In this document: in pieces, positions 9,601-17,783 of the stretch
Numbering within the stretch: the first letter of the stretch is position 1
How the letters are laid out: every line of letters starts with the position of its first letter
From: Candidatus Sericytochromatia bacterium
GTDB taxonomy: Bacteria > Cyanobacteriota > Sericytochromatia > S15B-MN24 > VGJW01
Assembly (NCBI GenBank): GCA_035285865.1
Contig: JAYKHS010000022.1
Span: 96,001-160,000 of the forward strand
Direction of reading: 5' to 3'
Length of the DNA stretch: 64,000 nt
Translations under genes and position numbers: made by a program
The notes under the pieces: generated by a model
The model's database searches: none
The model's input: the letters and a program-made list of their open reading frames with translations, nothing else
What the model was told of the DNA's origin: nothing

Positions 9601-10609
9601 GGGATTCGCCTTCCTCGAGGACGACTTCGGTGATGTGCACGGCCATGTGACTGCGGCACGTGCCCGGGCGGGCCTTGAACTTGGTGCGGTCTCCGACCCT
9701 CACCTCGATGTCGCGGTCGTGCCCCTGTTCGAGCGCCACGACATCTCCTCGCTGGAGTTGCAGCACGTCCTGCACGGACAGGACGGTGGATCCCAGCACG
9801 GCCGTCAGAGGGACCTGGGTCTGGACGACGCGTTCGTTCAGGCGGTGCCGGAACTCGTCGGTCTGGGCCAGCTTCTGGGTCGAGAACATGTATTGCGAGC
9901 CCAGGTTCGCCATGACCTTCTCGAGGACCATGTAGGGCAGGCAGATGCTGACGGGACCTGTGTTCTCTCCCAGCTTGACCTCGAGGGTGACCAGCGCGAC
10001 AGGGTCGGTCGCCGGCACCAACTGGACGAATCGGGGGTTGGTCTCGATGTTCTCGATGACGGGGTCGAACTGAACGAGGCTGACCCACGACTCCTGCATG
10101 GCCGAAAGCGTGCGGTTGGAGATGTTCGTGATGAGCTGACGCTCGATGTCCGTCAGGTCCCGGCGAATGCGGCTGACCTTGCCCGGGCCGCCAAGGAGCC
10201 GATCGATCATGATCGAGGCAAGATCCAGGTTGATCTCCAGCAGCGCCGAACCGACGAGCGGTTTCATCGAGAAGGTCGTCATGATGGTCGGGCCGGGCAG
10301 CGAACGCGAGTACTCGTCGAAGGTCATCTGCTCGACAGACACGACTTCGCAGGTGGCCATGACCCGGAACATGCCGGCCCACAAGGTGGAGACGAGCCTG
10401 GCGAAGCCGTCGTGCAGCATCGACAGGGTACGGATATGGTCCTTGGAGAACTTGCTCTGTCGGCGGAAGTCATACGCCCATACCGCCCTGGCCTTGACGC
10501 CGGCATCTTCGGCATCCGGAGAATCGCCAGGACGATCGGCAGCCACTTCGCCCTTGGCCAGGGCGGCCATGAGGGCGTCGATTTCGTTCTGGCTGAGGAT
10601 GTCTGACAC
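9593..10609 (-). CDS. fliM: Flagellar motor switch protein FliM
   Basis: MSDILSQNEIDALM CheY-binding peptide, YDFRR..KFSKDHIR, IDRLLGG. Confidence 0.97.
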   Translation of the reverse strand: MSDILSQNEIDALMAALAKGEVAADRPGDSPDAEDAGVKARAVWAYDFRRQSKFSKDHIRTLSMLHDGFARLVSTLWAGMFRVMATCEVVSVEQMTFDEYSRSLPGPTIMTTFSMKPLVGSALLEINLDLASIMIDRLLGGPGKVSRIRRDLTDIERQLITNISNRTLSAMQESWVSLVQFDPVIENIETNPRFVQLVPATDPVALVTLEVKLGENTGPVSICLPYMVLEKVMANLGSQYMFSTQKLAQTDEFRHRLNERVVQTQVPLTAVLGSTVLSVQDVLQLQRGDVVALEQGHDRDIEVRVGDRTKFKARPGTCRSHMAVHITEVVLEEGESHD

Positions 10610-10614
10610 GGACG

Positions 10615-11187
10615 CTACTGAACGACGAATTCTCCGAAGTAGACCTCGAGGGTCTCCGGAATTTCTTCGTCATCACGCCGCATCAAGTTGAGGGCCACCT
10701 TCATTTCCGACTTCACGCGATCGGGGTCCTGAAGGGTGATCGTCGTCTGCTTGCGCAGGGTGCGGATGATGGTGTCCCGGAACACCGGCTGATAGGGGGC
10801 CAGGGACTGGATGAAGGGGCTCGGACCCTTGGCCGGCGCGCCGTGACCACCGCCGCCGCCTTCCTCGCCGTGCTCGCCCGGGGGCGGGGCGGGCTTGGAG
10901 AGCCGGAGCGTCACCGTGGTCTTCAGGAAACGGCGCTTGGGGTCGGAGAGGTTGACGATGAAGGGCTCGGTCAGGGTCCAGAGTTCGCTCGACTTGGTGG
11001 CCTCGTGGGTGCCCTTCTCGTGTTCGACGATGGTCCGCTGTTCGACGATGATCTGCTTGGGCAGCGCGAGGCGGATGGCGATGAACGAGCTGACGGACGC
11101 GATGACCGCCACCGCCAGCATGCCCACGATGATCCGCGGGGAGAGGGCGGGATTGGCCGCCTTGGGCTCGCCCTTCTTGGTGGCCAT
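10615..11187 (-). CDS. fliL: Flagellar basal-body associated protein FliL
   Basis: One N-terminal TM helix, EPFIVNL..RFLK, C-terminal EVYFGEFVVQ. Confidence 0.92.
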   Translation of the reverse strand: MATKKGEPKAANPALSPRIIVGMLAVAVIASVSSFIAIRLALPKQIIVEQRTIVEHEKGTHEATKSSELWTLTEPFIVNLSDPKRRFLKTTVTLRLSKPAPPPGEHGEEGGGGGHGAPAKGPSPFIQSLAPYQPVFRDTIIRTLRKQTTITLQDPDRVKSEMKVALNLMRRDDEEIPETLEVYFGEFVVQ

Positions 11188-11193
11188 GGGGGG

Positions 11194-11958
11194 TCAGTCT
11201 CCGGGAGCAGGCTTCTTGGGTTCCTGCGCCATTGTAGCATCGCTCAGGACGACGATATCCACCCGTCGGTTGCGCGAGCGGTTGGCCGGAGAGTCATTCG
11301 GAGCCTTGGGGTAGGTGTCTCCGTACCCGGCTGCGGAGACGCGCGCCGGGGGCAGGGCACCCGTGCCCACCAGATGGCGCACGACGGCCGTGGCCCTTGC
11401 CGTGGAGAGTTCCCAGTTGCTGGGAAAGCGCGCCGAGTGAATGGGTTTGTCGTCGGTATGGCCCTCGATGCGCAGGCTGTTGCCGGTCTTGGCCGCCAGT
11501 GCCGCGACCTTCCCGAGCATCGCCCGTGTCTTCGGGTCCAGGTCCGCGGATCCGGCATCGAACAGCGCCGAGTCCGCGATCGAGATGACGAGGCCACGCT
11601 TCTCCATGTGGACATCGAAGGAGGCACTGGCCCCCAGCTGTTCGGCCAGTTTTTCGACCTTGTCGGCCATCTCCTCGAACTCGGATTCCTCCTTGGCATA
11701 CATCGGGGCCACGGGCGGAATGACCATGTCGCTCGCCGGAGGCAGGATGGTGTCGTTGCCTCCGCCAGAGGCCGCCACCGGGTTGAAGACGCTCGCCATG
11801 GCATCGGCCATCTTCTTGAACTTGCTGGCGTCGATCGACGACATCGAGAACAGGATGATGAAGTAGATCAGCAGCAGGGTGATGAGGTCGGCATAGGTCA
11901 ACAGCCAACGCTCGTGGTTGGCATGGCTGCCACCCTTGTGGCCCCGCTTCTTGCCCAC
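11194..11958 (-). CDS. motB: Flagellar stator protein MotB
   Basis: WLLTYADLITLL TM helix with the conserved Asp; OmpA-like domain (IEGHTD, NWELSTARA, NRRVDI). Confidence 0.96.
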   Translation of the reverse strand: MGKKRGHKGGSHANHERWLLTYADLITLLLIYFIILFSMSSIDASKFKKMADAMASVFNPVAASGGGNDTILPPASDMVIPPVAPMYAKEESEFEEMADKVEKLAEQLGASASFDVHMEKRGLVISIADSALFDAGSADLDPKTRAMLGKVAALAAKTGNSLRIEGHTDDKPIHSARFPSNWELSTARATAVVRHLVGTGALPPARVSAAGYGDTYPKAPNDSPANRSRNRRVDIVVLSDATMAQEPKKPAPGD

Positions 11959-11962
11959 GGGG

Positions 11963-12745
11963 TCATTCTTCCTTGGTGATGGTGGCGCGAACCGCGGGCG
12001 AGAGATAACCCTTCAGTTTTTCCTCGACGATCTGCGGATTGTCGCCGGCCTGGATGGACAGGATACCTTCGAGCATCAGCTCGCGAACCAGAATTTCCTC
12101 CTCGGATCGCTTCTTGAGTTTGGTGCCCATCGGCAGCCAGAGGAGGTTGGCCGAGAACACGCCGTACAGGGTGGCGATGAAGGCGACCCCGATCGCGGGC
12201 GCGAGGGCCGCGGGGTCCGAATCTCCGCCAAGGCTGCCCAGGATGTGCACCATGCCCATGACCGTGCCGATGATGCCCATGGTCGGCGCGAAGCCGCCTG
12301 CCGCCTCAAACATCGCGATTCCGCCCGCGTGGCGCGTGGCGATGAAGGCCAGCTCCGTTTCGAGCATTTCGCGGACGGTCTTGATGTCGATTCCATCCGA
12401 GACCATCTGCATGCCCTTCTTCAGGAACTCGTCCGGTGCGGCCTGAACGTCGGCCTCGAGGGCCAGAAGGCCGTCCTTGCGGGCCTTTTCCGCGTAGCGG
12501 ATCATCTGCGGGATGATCGTGTGGGGTTCGAGCGGGTTCTTGGAAAAGGTGAAGCCGATGAGTTTGGGAATCGTGAGCACGTCCTTCATCGGGAAGGCGA
12601 TGAAGAGCGTCCCGAAGGTACCCCCGAAGACAATCATGGCGGCTGTCGGGACAACAAGCGCTCCGAGGTGACCACCGTCCAGGACATAGGCAATGATGAT
12701 ACCGCCCCAGCCAAGGACGAGGCCGATCAGCGTCGAAATTTCCAG
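11963..12745 (-). CDS. motA: Flagellar stator protein MotA (probable CTG start)
   Basis: IVFGGTFG, ARKDGLLALE, APTMGIIGTVMG, ATLYGV. The frame stays open upstream of the track ATG (12637) to CTG at 12745, which restores TM1 (xEISTLIGLVLGWGGIIIAY). Confidence 0.95.
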   Translation of the reverse strand: MEISTLIGLVLGWGGIIIAYVLDGGHLGALVVPTAAMIVFGGTFGTLFIAFPMKDVLTIPKLIGFTFSKNPLEPHTIIPQMIRYAEKARKDGLLALEADVQAAPDEFLKKGMQMVSDGIDIKTVREMLETELAFIATRHAGGIAMFEAAGGFAPTMGIIGTVMGMVHILGSLGGDSDPAALAPAIGVAFIATLYGVFSANLLWLPMGTKLKKRSEEEILVRELMLEGILSIQAGDNPQIVEEKLKGYLSPAVRATITKEE

Positions 12746-12964
12746 CTACTTGTCTCCGGTGTCGCGAGGGCCCAGCCACGAGGGGGACGCACAGGCCCGG
12801 CGGTAAGCGATGATGCGCTCGATCAGCTCGTCCACCGACTCTCTTACCACATATTTGCGATCGGTGGTGAGGGTGACAACGGTGTCCGGCGTTGCTTCCA
12901 AGCTCTCGACCAGATCGGCGTTCACCACGATCACCTGGTCATTCAGACGCGTCATCCGAATCAT
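12746..12964 (-). CDS. flbD: FlbD/SwrD family flagellar protein
   Basis: MIRMTRLND...NADLVESLEATPDTVVTL...YVVRES. Confidence 0.92.
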   Translation of the reverse strand: MIRMTRLNDQVIVVNADLVESLEATPDTVVTLTTDRKYVVRESVDELIERIIAYRRACASPSWLGPRDTGDK

Positions 12965-13272
12965 CGCACTCCGCCTTCTTGCGTGTCCGCGCCGGCCCGC
13001 TGAATCATCACCAACAGCTCCGCGATCACAGGATACAGCGAAGACGGGATGCTTTCGCCCAAATCGAGCTGCGCCAGCGCGGCCACGAGCTGGATGTCCT
13101 GATGTAGCGGGACCCCTGCCGCACGCGCGGCCTCGATGATGCGCTCGGCCACGCTGCCCGTGCCCGTGGCGACCACCACCGGCGCGGCGTCGCGCTCGGG
13201 GTCGTAGCGCAGGGCCACCGCCCGGCGGTTGGGGCCCTGATTCCCGGGCCGTGCTCCATGTTCAGGTACCAT
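12961..13272 (-). CDS. Stand-alone FlhB C-terminal domain protein (EscU/YscU/HrcU family, YlqH-like)
   Basis: AVALRYD..APVVVATG.G.VAERII..A...GVP....L...L....LGESIP..LY..IAELL mirrors the part of FlhB after NPTH. Confidence 0.9.
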   Translation of the reverse strand: MVPEHGARPGNQGPNRRAVALRYDPERDAAPVVVATGTGSVAERIIEAARAAGVPLHQDIQLVAALAQLDLGESIPSSLYPVIAELLVMIQRAGADTQEGGVR

Positions 13273-14245
13273 GGTCCGTCTCCACGGTCGGCTCCACCGA
13301 CCACGGTGGGCTGATCCAGCCCAGTTCGGCAAGGCGTGCCGACACCTCCGGCACGAGCGCGGCAAGGGCCGTGCGCAGGCCGGGATGAGCAGCCTCGATC
13401 CGGACCGCGAGTCGTCGGCCGACGCCGGCAAGATGGGCACGCACGAGGCCCAGAGCAGGGTGCTCGAGGGCGAGGACCGTTCGCCAGAGACGTTCGCCCG
13501 GATCTTCCCCGCGCGCTTCATCGGGTTCTCGGTCACCGTGCGTCCATCGTCCGGTCCACGATCCCCACGCAATCGGGATGGTCCACGGTGCTGCAGGATC
13601 CACCAGGCGGGCGAAGCCCTGAGGCCAAGCTTCTTCGGCAGGCCACGCATCAGCATCCGCGATGGCGCTGTCCCCCGTGTCGCTTGCCCACGCATCGGTG
13701 TCCAGACGTCTGGCCAACATGGCCGCCCGGGGCGTCAGTCGGGCGACCCAGGCCATCAGGACAAGGCCTGGGTCGTCTTCACCCGCCAGCAGGCTCGTGG
13801 CCGGGGCACCCACCTGCTCCATCCAGGCGCGCAGCCGCGTCGACGGACGGTCCGATGCCTTGTCCGGGGGGCCTAGCGCCAACAGGATCGGCGTCGGGAT
13901 GAGGCCGCGCGCGGCAAGCGCGACTGCCGTCTGCCTCTGTTCGGCGGGAAGGTCCGCCCAGGTACCGGACAGCCGCCGTAACAGGGCCGGGGTGGCCGGC
14001 ATGCCGGCTTCCGCCAGTGCCTTGACGATACTTCGGGTGACCGGAGTTGCCGGGATGTCGGCTGCTTCGAGAGCGCGGTCGGCGCCATCCTGGTCGGTCG
14101 GGGACTCCTGCCGGACGGCAGGGGGTTCGGGGGAAAGTGTCCGCGGGGCCGGGCGACCCGTCCCTTGCGTGGCACCCCCGGTCAAGCCGGATGTCTCCGC
14201 CACGTGGCGGGGACCCTCGACGGGACCGGGGGCAGCCATGCTCAT
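13262..14245 (-). CDS. Hypothetical protein with a FliK-like C-terminal domain
   Basis: Disordered N-terminus; C-terminal LALEHPALGLVRAHL....LAVRIEA...LRTAL....V.ARLAELG resembles the FliK T3S4 domain; overlaps the FlhB-C gene. Confidence 0.6.
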   Translation of the reverse strand: MSMAAPGPVEGPRHVAETSGLTGGATQGTGRPAPRTLSPEPPAVRQESPTDQDGADRALEAADIPATPVTRSIVKALAEAGMPATPALLRRLSGTWADLPAEQRQTAVALAARGLIPTPILLALGPPDKASDRPSTRLRAWMEQVGAPATSLLAGEDDPGLVLMAWVARLTPRAAMLARRLDTDAWASDTGDSAIADADAWPAEEAWPQGFARLVDPAAPWTIPIAWGSWTGRWTHGDREPDEARGEDPGERLWRTVLALEHPALGLVRAHLAGVGRRLAVRIEAAHPGLRTALAALVPEVSARLAELGWISPPWSVEPTVETDHGT

Positions 14246-14250
14246 CTACG

Positions 14251-16779
14251 TCAGCGCTTGAGGCCCATCAGCTCCTGCAGGACTTCGTCCGAGGTGGTGA
14301 TGATCCGCGAGTTGGCCTGGAAGCCCCTCTGGGAGATGATCAGTTCCGAGAAGGAAGCCGCAAGGTCCACGTTGGACGTCTCGAGGTTGGAGGAGGCCAG
14401 CAGTCCCCGTCCGGATGTGCCGGCCACGCCGATCTGGGCATCGCCCGAAGCGTTTCCGACCGTCCACATGTTGCTGCCCTCGTTGACGAGACCGTTCGGG
14501 TTGTTGAACGAGGCCAGCGCGATCTGGGCCAACTGCCGGATCTGGCCGTTGGTGAAGACGCCCGAGACGTAGCCGTTCGAGTCGATGTTGAAGCCCTGCA
14601 GCGTACCGGTGGCGTAACCGTCCTGGTCGTCGATGATGGCGGTGGAGGCCGTCAGGAACTGTGTCAGTCCCAGCGTGTCCCCGCGCTTGCCGGGGTCGAA
14701 CGAGATCGTGGAGGGCGCCGCGCCAGAGGTGTAGTTGAGCTTCAGCGGCGCCAAGTTGACGTCAACTGGCAAGCCGCCGTTGTCGAACACGATGTAGCCC
14801 AGGTCGATGGGAAACGCACCGATGCCGGCCCCCGGCAGGGTCTTCAGGTCGTTCTTGACCTGCGGATCGACGATGCCGAAGGAGACGCGCCACTTGGACC
14901 GGCCGTCCGCCGTGGCCTGCTGCTCGAGGTCTCGGGTGAACAGGACGTTGCCGGCATGCGAGTTGCCCAGCGAGTCGAAGAAGTTCATCGACATCGTGTA
15001 GGACCCGGCATCCGTCCTGCCCGAGGTCTGAATCGTGTCGTTCAGGTCGTCGTTGCTATTGGGATCGAAGCTCAGGTCACCGAAGTCGAGATGTGCCGTC
15101 ACATCCGGCGTCGCGATGTTCTGGAACTGCAGGCGGACGGGTTCGAGGTCCACCGTCGTGAGCTTGCCCTCGGTGTCGAAGCCGATGCTCCCGAGCTGCT
15201 GTTCGCCTGTCGAGTTGATGAGCTTCTGGTTGTTCTCCGTCGGATCCGGGACATAGGTCACGAGCCAGTTGGCCTCACCCGGGCTGTTGCGCAGCACCAA
15301 CTTGCCCGTGACCACCTGGTTGCCGATCGTGCCGTCCGGCAGCAACGTCTTGGCGTTGGCGATGTCGAAGCGTGTCTCCAGGGGGACAGGTTGACTCGAA
15401 ATGGCGCTTAGGTTTACGGCAAACGTGTCGGTTGCCCCGAGTTTGAGCGCGGAGCCCGTGCTGATGTTCGGGATATTCAGGCTGACGATGGTTGGGGTCA
15501 CGGTGGCCTTGGGCAGCAGCGTGATGTCCTTGAGGGTGATGGGACTGATCGGTTCACCGGTCGTGCCGTCGAAGTTGATCACGCCGAGGTTCTGCTCGTC
15601 GGCGTCGCGAAGCAGATCCTGTCCCCCTGCACCGATGTCCGGGACGTAGGACACGGACCAGGTGCCGCTGCCCTGCGTGTTGCGGAGCACCAGTTTGCCG
15701 TTGACGTTGGTGCCGTTGGCCGTGGGAATGACGAGTGGCTGCTCCAGGGTCTTGGGGCTCCCCGACGCAGGCACGAGATTGCCCGAAAGCGCGAGCGTGG
15801 CCTTCGTCGAGGCGGGTTTCAGGTTCCCGGAGATGAGTCCGGCAACGCCATCGAACCCGAGACGCGACCGGGGGACCTCCGCGCTCATTTGCAGCTGGCT
15901 GGGAATGACCTGGGACTCGAGGGCGTTGGCGCCGCTCTCCTGCGTGAAGGCGAGGCGAATTGCACCGAGCGTGTTGCTCGTCAGACGACCCGAGGTGTCG
16001 AAGGTGAGCGTGCCCAGGCCCTGTTCATTGGGATTAGTCAGCTGGTCGGCGTCCTTGTCGCCCGCGCGCGGTCGGTAGCTGACCTGCCACGTCAGCGAAC
16101 CCGGATCATTGGTGAGGGTTATCGTGCCGTGGATGACCTGATTCTTCGAGTTCAGGATGTTGTGCTGGATCACGACCTTGCCGGCGATGGCCGCGTCCTT
16201 CGGCGTGGCCTTCAGGACGCCGGTGATCATCGTGTCGACGCTGTCGGAGCGCAGGTTGCCCTTGAGCCGCACCGAGCCCGTCGCCTTCGGCTGCAGGTTC
16301 TGACCGCGCGCAACCCGGATCGGGGCCGGTTCCGCCGTCGTGTCGATGATGCCGTTGGCCGACGTCCATCCCATGACCTTGAGACCGTTCGCAGGGCGGA
16401 TGAAGCTGCCCGTCTTGTCGAAGTCGAAGCTTCCGTCGCGGGTGTAGAAGTTGCGGTTGCCGTCGCTTACGACGAAGAATCCCTCGCCCTGGATGGCGAG
16501 GTCGGTGCTCTTGCCGGTGCCCTGCAGAGCGCCCTGGGTGTGGATCGTCGTGATGGACCCGACGCCCACGCCCAGACCGACCTGCTGCGGGTTGGTGCCG
16601 GCCCTGCCGCCCTCGCCCGACGTACCGACGGACAAGGTCTGGTTCAGCAGATTCTGGAACTCGACGCGCTGGCTCTTGAAGCCGACGGTATTCACGTTGG
16701 CAATGTTGTTGCCGATGACGTCGATCTTGAGTTGGTGGTTGCGCAGTCCGGACACGCCGGAATCCAGCGAACGAAGCAT
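14251..16779 (-). CDS. flgE: Flagellar hook protein FlgE (extended, 842 aa)
   Basis: MLRSLDSGVSGL..GNNIANVNTVGFK, DLAIQGEGFFV, YTRDGSF, C-terminal LETSNVDLA..IISQRGFQANSRIITT. Confidence 0.96.
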   Translation of the reverse strand: MLRSLDSGVSGLRNHQLKIDVIGNNIANVNTVGFKSQRVEFQNLLNQTLSVGTSGEGGRAGTNPQQVGLGVGVGSITTIHTQGALQGTGKSTDLAIQGEGFFVVSDGNRNFYTRDGSFDFDKTGSFIRPANGLKVMGWTSANGIIDTTAEPAPIRVARGQNLQPKATGSVRLKGNLRSDSVDTMITGVLKATPKDAAIAGKVVIQHNILNSKNQVIHGTITLTNDPGSLTWQVSYRPRAGDKDADQLTNPNEQGLGTLTFDTSGRLTSNTLGAIRLAFTQESGANALESQVIPSQLQMSAEVPRSRLGFDGVAGLISGNLKPASTKATLALSGNLVPASGSPKTLEQPLVIPTANGTNVNGKLVLRNTQGSGTWSVSYVPDIGAGGQDLLRDADEQNLGVINFDGTTGEPISPITLKDITLLPKATVTPTIVSLNIPNISTGSALKLGATDTFAVNLSAISSQPVPLETRFDIANAKTLLPDGTIGNQVVTGKLVLRNSPGEANWLVTYVPDPTENNQKLINSTGEQQLGSIGFDTEGKLTTVDLEPVRLQFQNIATPDVTAHLDFGDLSFDPNSNDDLNDTIQTSGRTDAGSYTMSMNFFDSLGNSHAGNVLFTRDLEQQATADGRSKWRVSFGIVDPQVKNDLKTLPGAGIGAFPIDLGYIVFDNGGLPVDVNLAPLKLNYTSGAAPSTISFDPGKRGDTLGLTQFLTASTAIIDDQDGYATGTLQGFNIDSNGYVSGVFTNGQIRQLAQIALASFNNPNGLVNEGSNMWTVGNASGDAQIGVAGTSGRGLLASSNLETSNVDLAASFSELIISQRGFQANSRIITTSDEVLQELMGLKR

Positions 16780-16861
16780 GGGACCTCCTCTTGGGGTTGC
16801 CGGGAAACATCGGTCCCGGCGATGGGCCTCCCCGAGGGGTCCGGCCCGAGGGTTGGGGAAA
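16780..16861 (-). promoter_or_regulatory. Structured intergenic element (two hairpins) directly upstream of the flgE RBS
   Basis: Minus strand GGGCC-GGA-CCC-CTCG-GGG-A-GGCCC, then GCCGGGA-CCGATGTT-TCCCGGC, then GAGGAGG-N4-ATG. Confidence 0.5.
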
Positions 16862-17236
16862 TCAGGCGATGACGGCGGAATCGATGTTCGTGAACACGTT
16901 GTCCTTAAGGCTCTGGTGGTCGACGGCGGTGATGACGGTCCGGTTGCGGACGGATACGACGAGGGCGACGTCGTCCATCAGGACGAGCGATTCACGGGCA
17001 CCCTTGCCGGCGGCTTTCTGGACCAATTGATCCAGCTGGTGTTGGCGCTCCTCGTTCCATGCGATGTTGCGGGCCTTCAGGCGCGCTTCGGCGTGGCTCG
17101 AAAGCTTCACGGGCTGTGCCTTGGCCCTGTCGCCGAGGACTTCGGCGAAGCTCGGGCCCGAGCGGGGGCCGACGGCCGGTGTCGGAAGCGCCTGCGCGGC
17201 TCCCAGGGGACCGACGGGTTCGGGAAGACCGATCAC
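16862..17236 (-). CDS. Flagellar operon protein, TIGR02530 family
   Basis: SFAEVL, VKLSSHAEARLKARNI, KGARESLVL, VSVRNRTVITA, NVFTNIDSAVI; lies between flgD and flgE; GTG overlaps the flgD stop. Confidence 0.9.
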   Translation of the reverse strand: MIGLPEPVGPLGAAQALPTPAVGPRSGPSFAEVLGDRAKAQPVKLSSHAEARLKARNIAWNEERQHQLDQLVQKAAGKGARESLVLMDDVALVVSVRNRTVITAVDHQSLKDNVFTNIDSAVIA

Positions 17237-17769
17237 TGGCCGCCTCCGGCCGATGCGGCCGCGATGGCCATGCGCGCCTCGACTTCCTGCTGGAAGCGTT
17301 CGACCTCCTCGGGTGCCATGCCGATCTGCTGGACCTGGCTCAAGGGCATCGCCTTGTCTGTGAAGGTATTGCCTTCGTGATCCACGCCCCGCAGGACGAC
17401 CTTGAGTTCGCCCTCGACGCGGCGGATCTCCTGGATGGTGCCCATCGAGCGGGTGATCTTGTCCGGCCCTGCGTAGACCACCTTCCCGATCAACGAGGCC
17501 GACGAGGCCATCGTCTGCAGCTGCTGGGCATCTGCCTGGTTGCGGTTGAAGGTCTCGAAGCTCTTGTTCAGGGCCTGCATCTGGTTCAGACTGCTGAATT
17601 GGGCCATCTGGGCAATGAAGGCCGTGTCCTCGACGGGCTTCATCGGATCCTGGGACTTCAGCTGGGTGATCAGGAGCTTGAGGAACTCCTCCTGCCCCAG
17701 TTGCTTGGGGTTGGGAATGGACGACGGCGCCCCGGTCTGGGGGGCGACGCTGGCGATGGCTCCTGGCAT
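17233..17769 (-). CDS. flgD: Hook capping protein FlgD
   Basis: LGQEEFLKLLITQLKSQDPMKP..FIAQMAQFSSL, ASLIGKVV. Confidence 0.95.
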   Translation of the reverse strand: MPGAIASVAPQTGAPSSIPNPKQLGQEEFLKLLITQLKSQDPMKPVEDTAFIAQMAQFSSLNQMQALNKSFETFNRNQADAQQLQTMASSASLIGKVVYAGPDKITRSMGTIQEIRRVEGELKVVLRGVDHEGNTFTDKAMPLSQVQQIGMAPEEVERFQQEVEARMAIAAASAGGGQ

Positions 17770-17783
17770 CTGTCCCGATCCTC

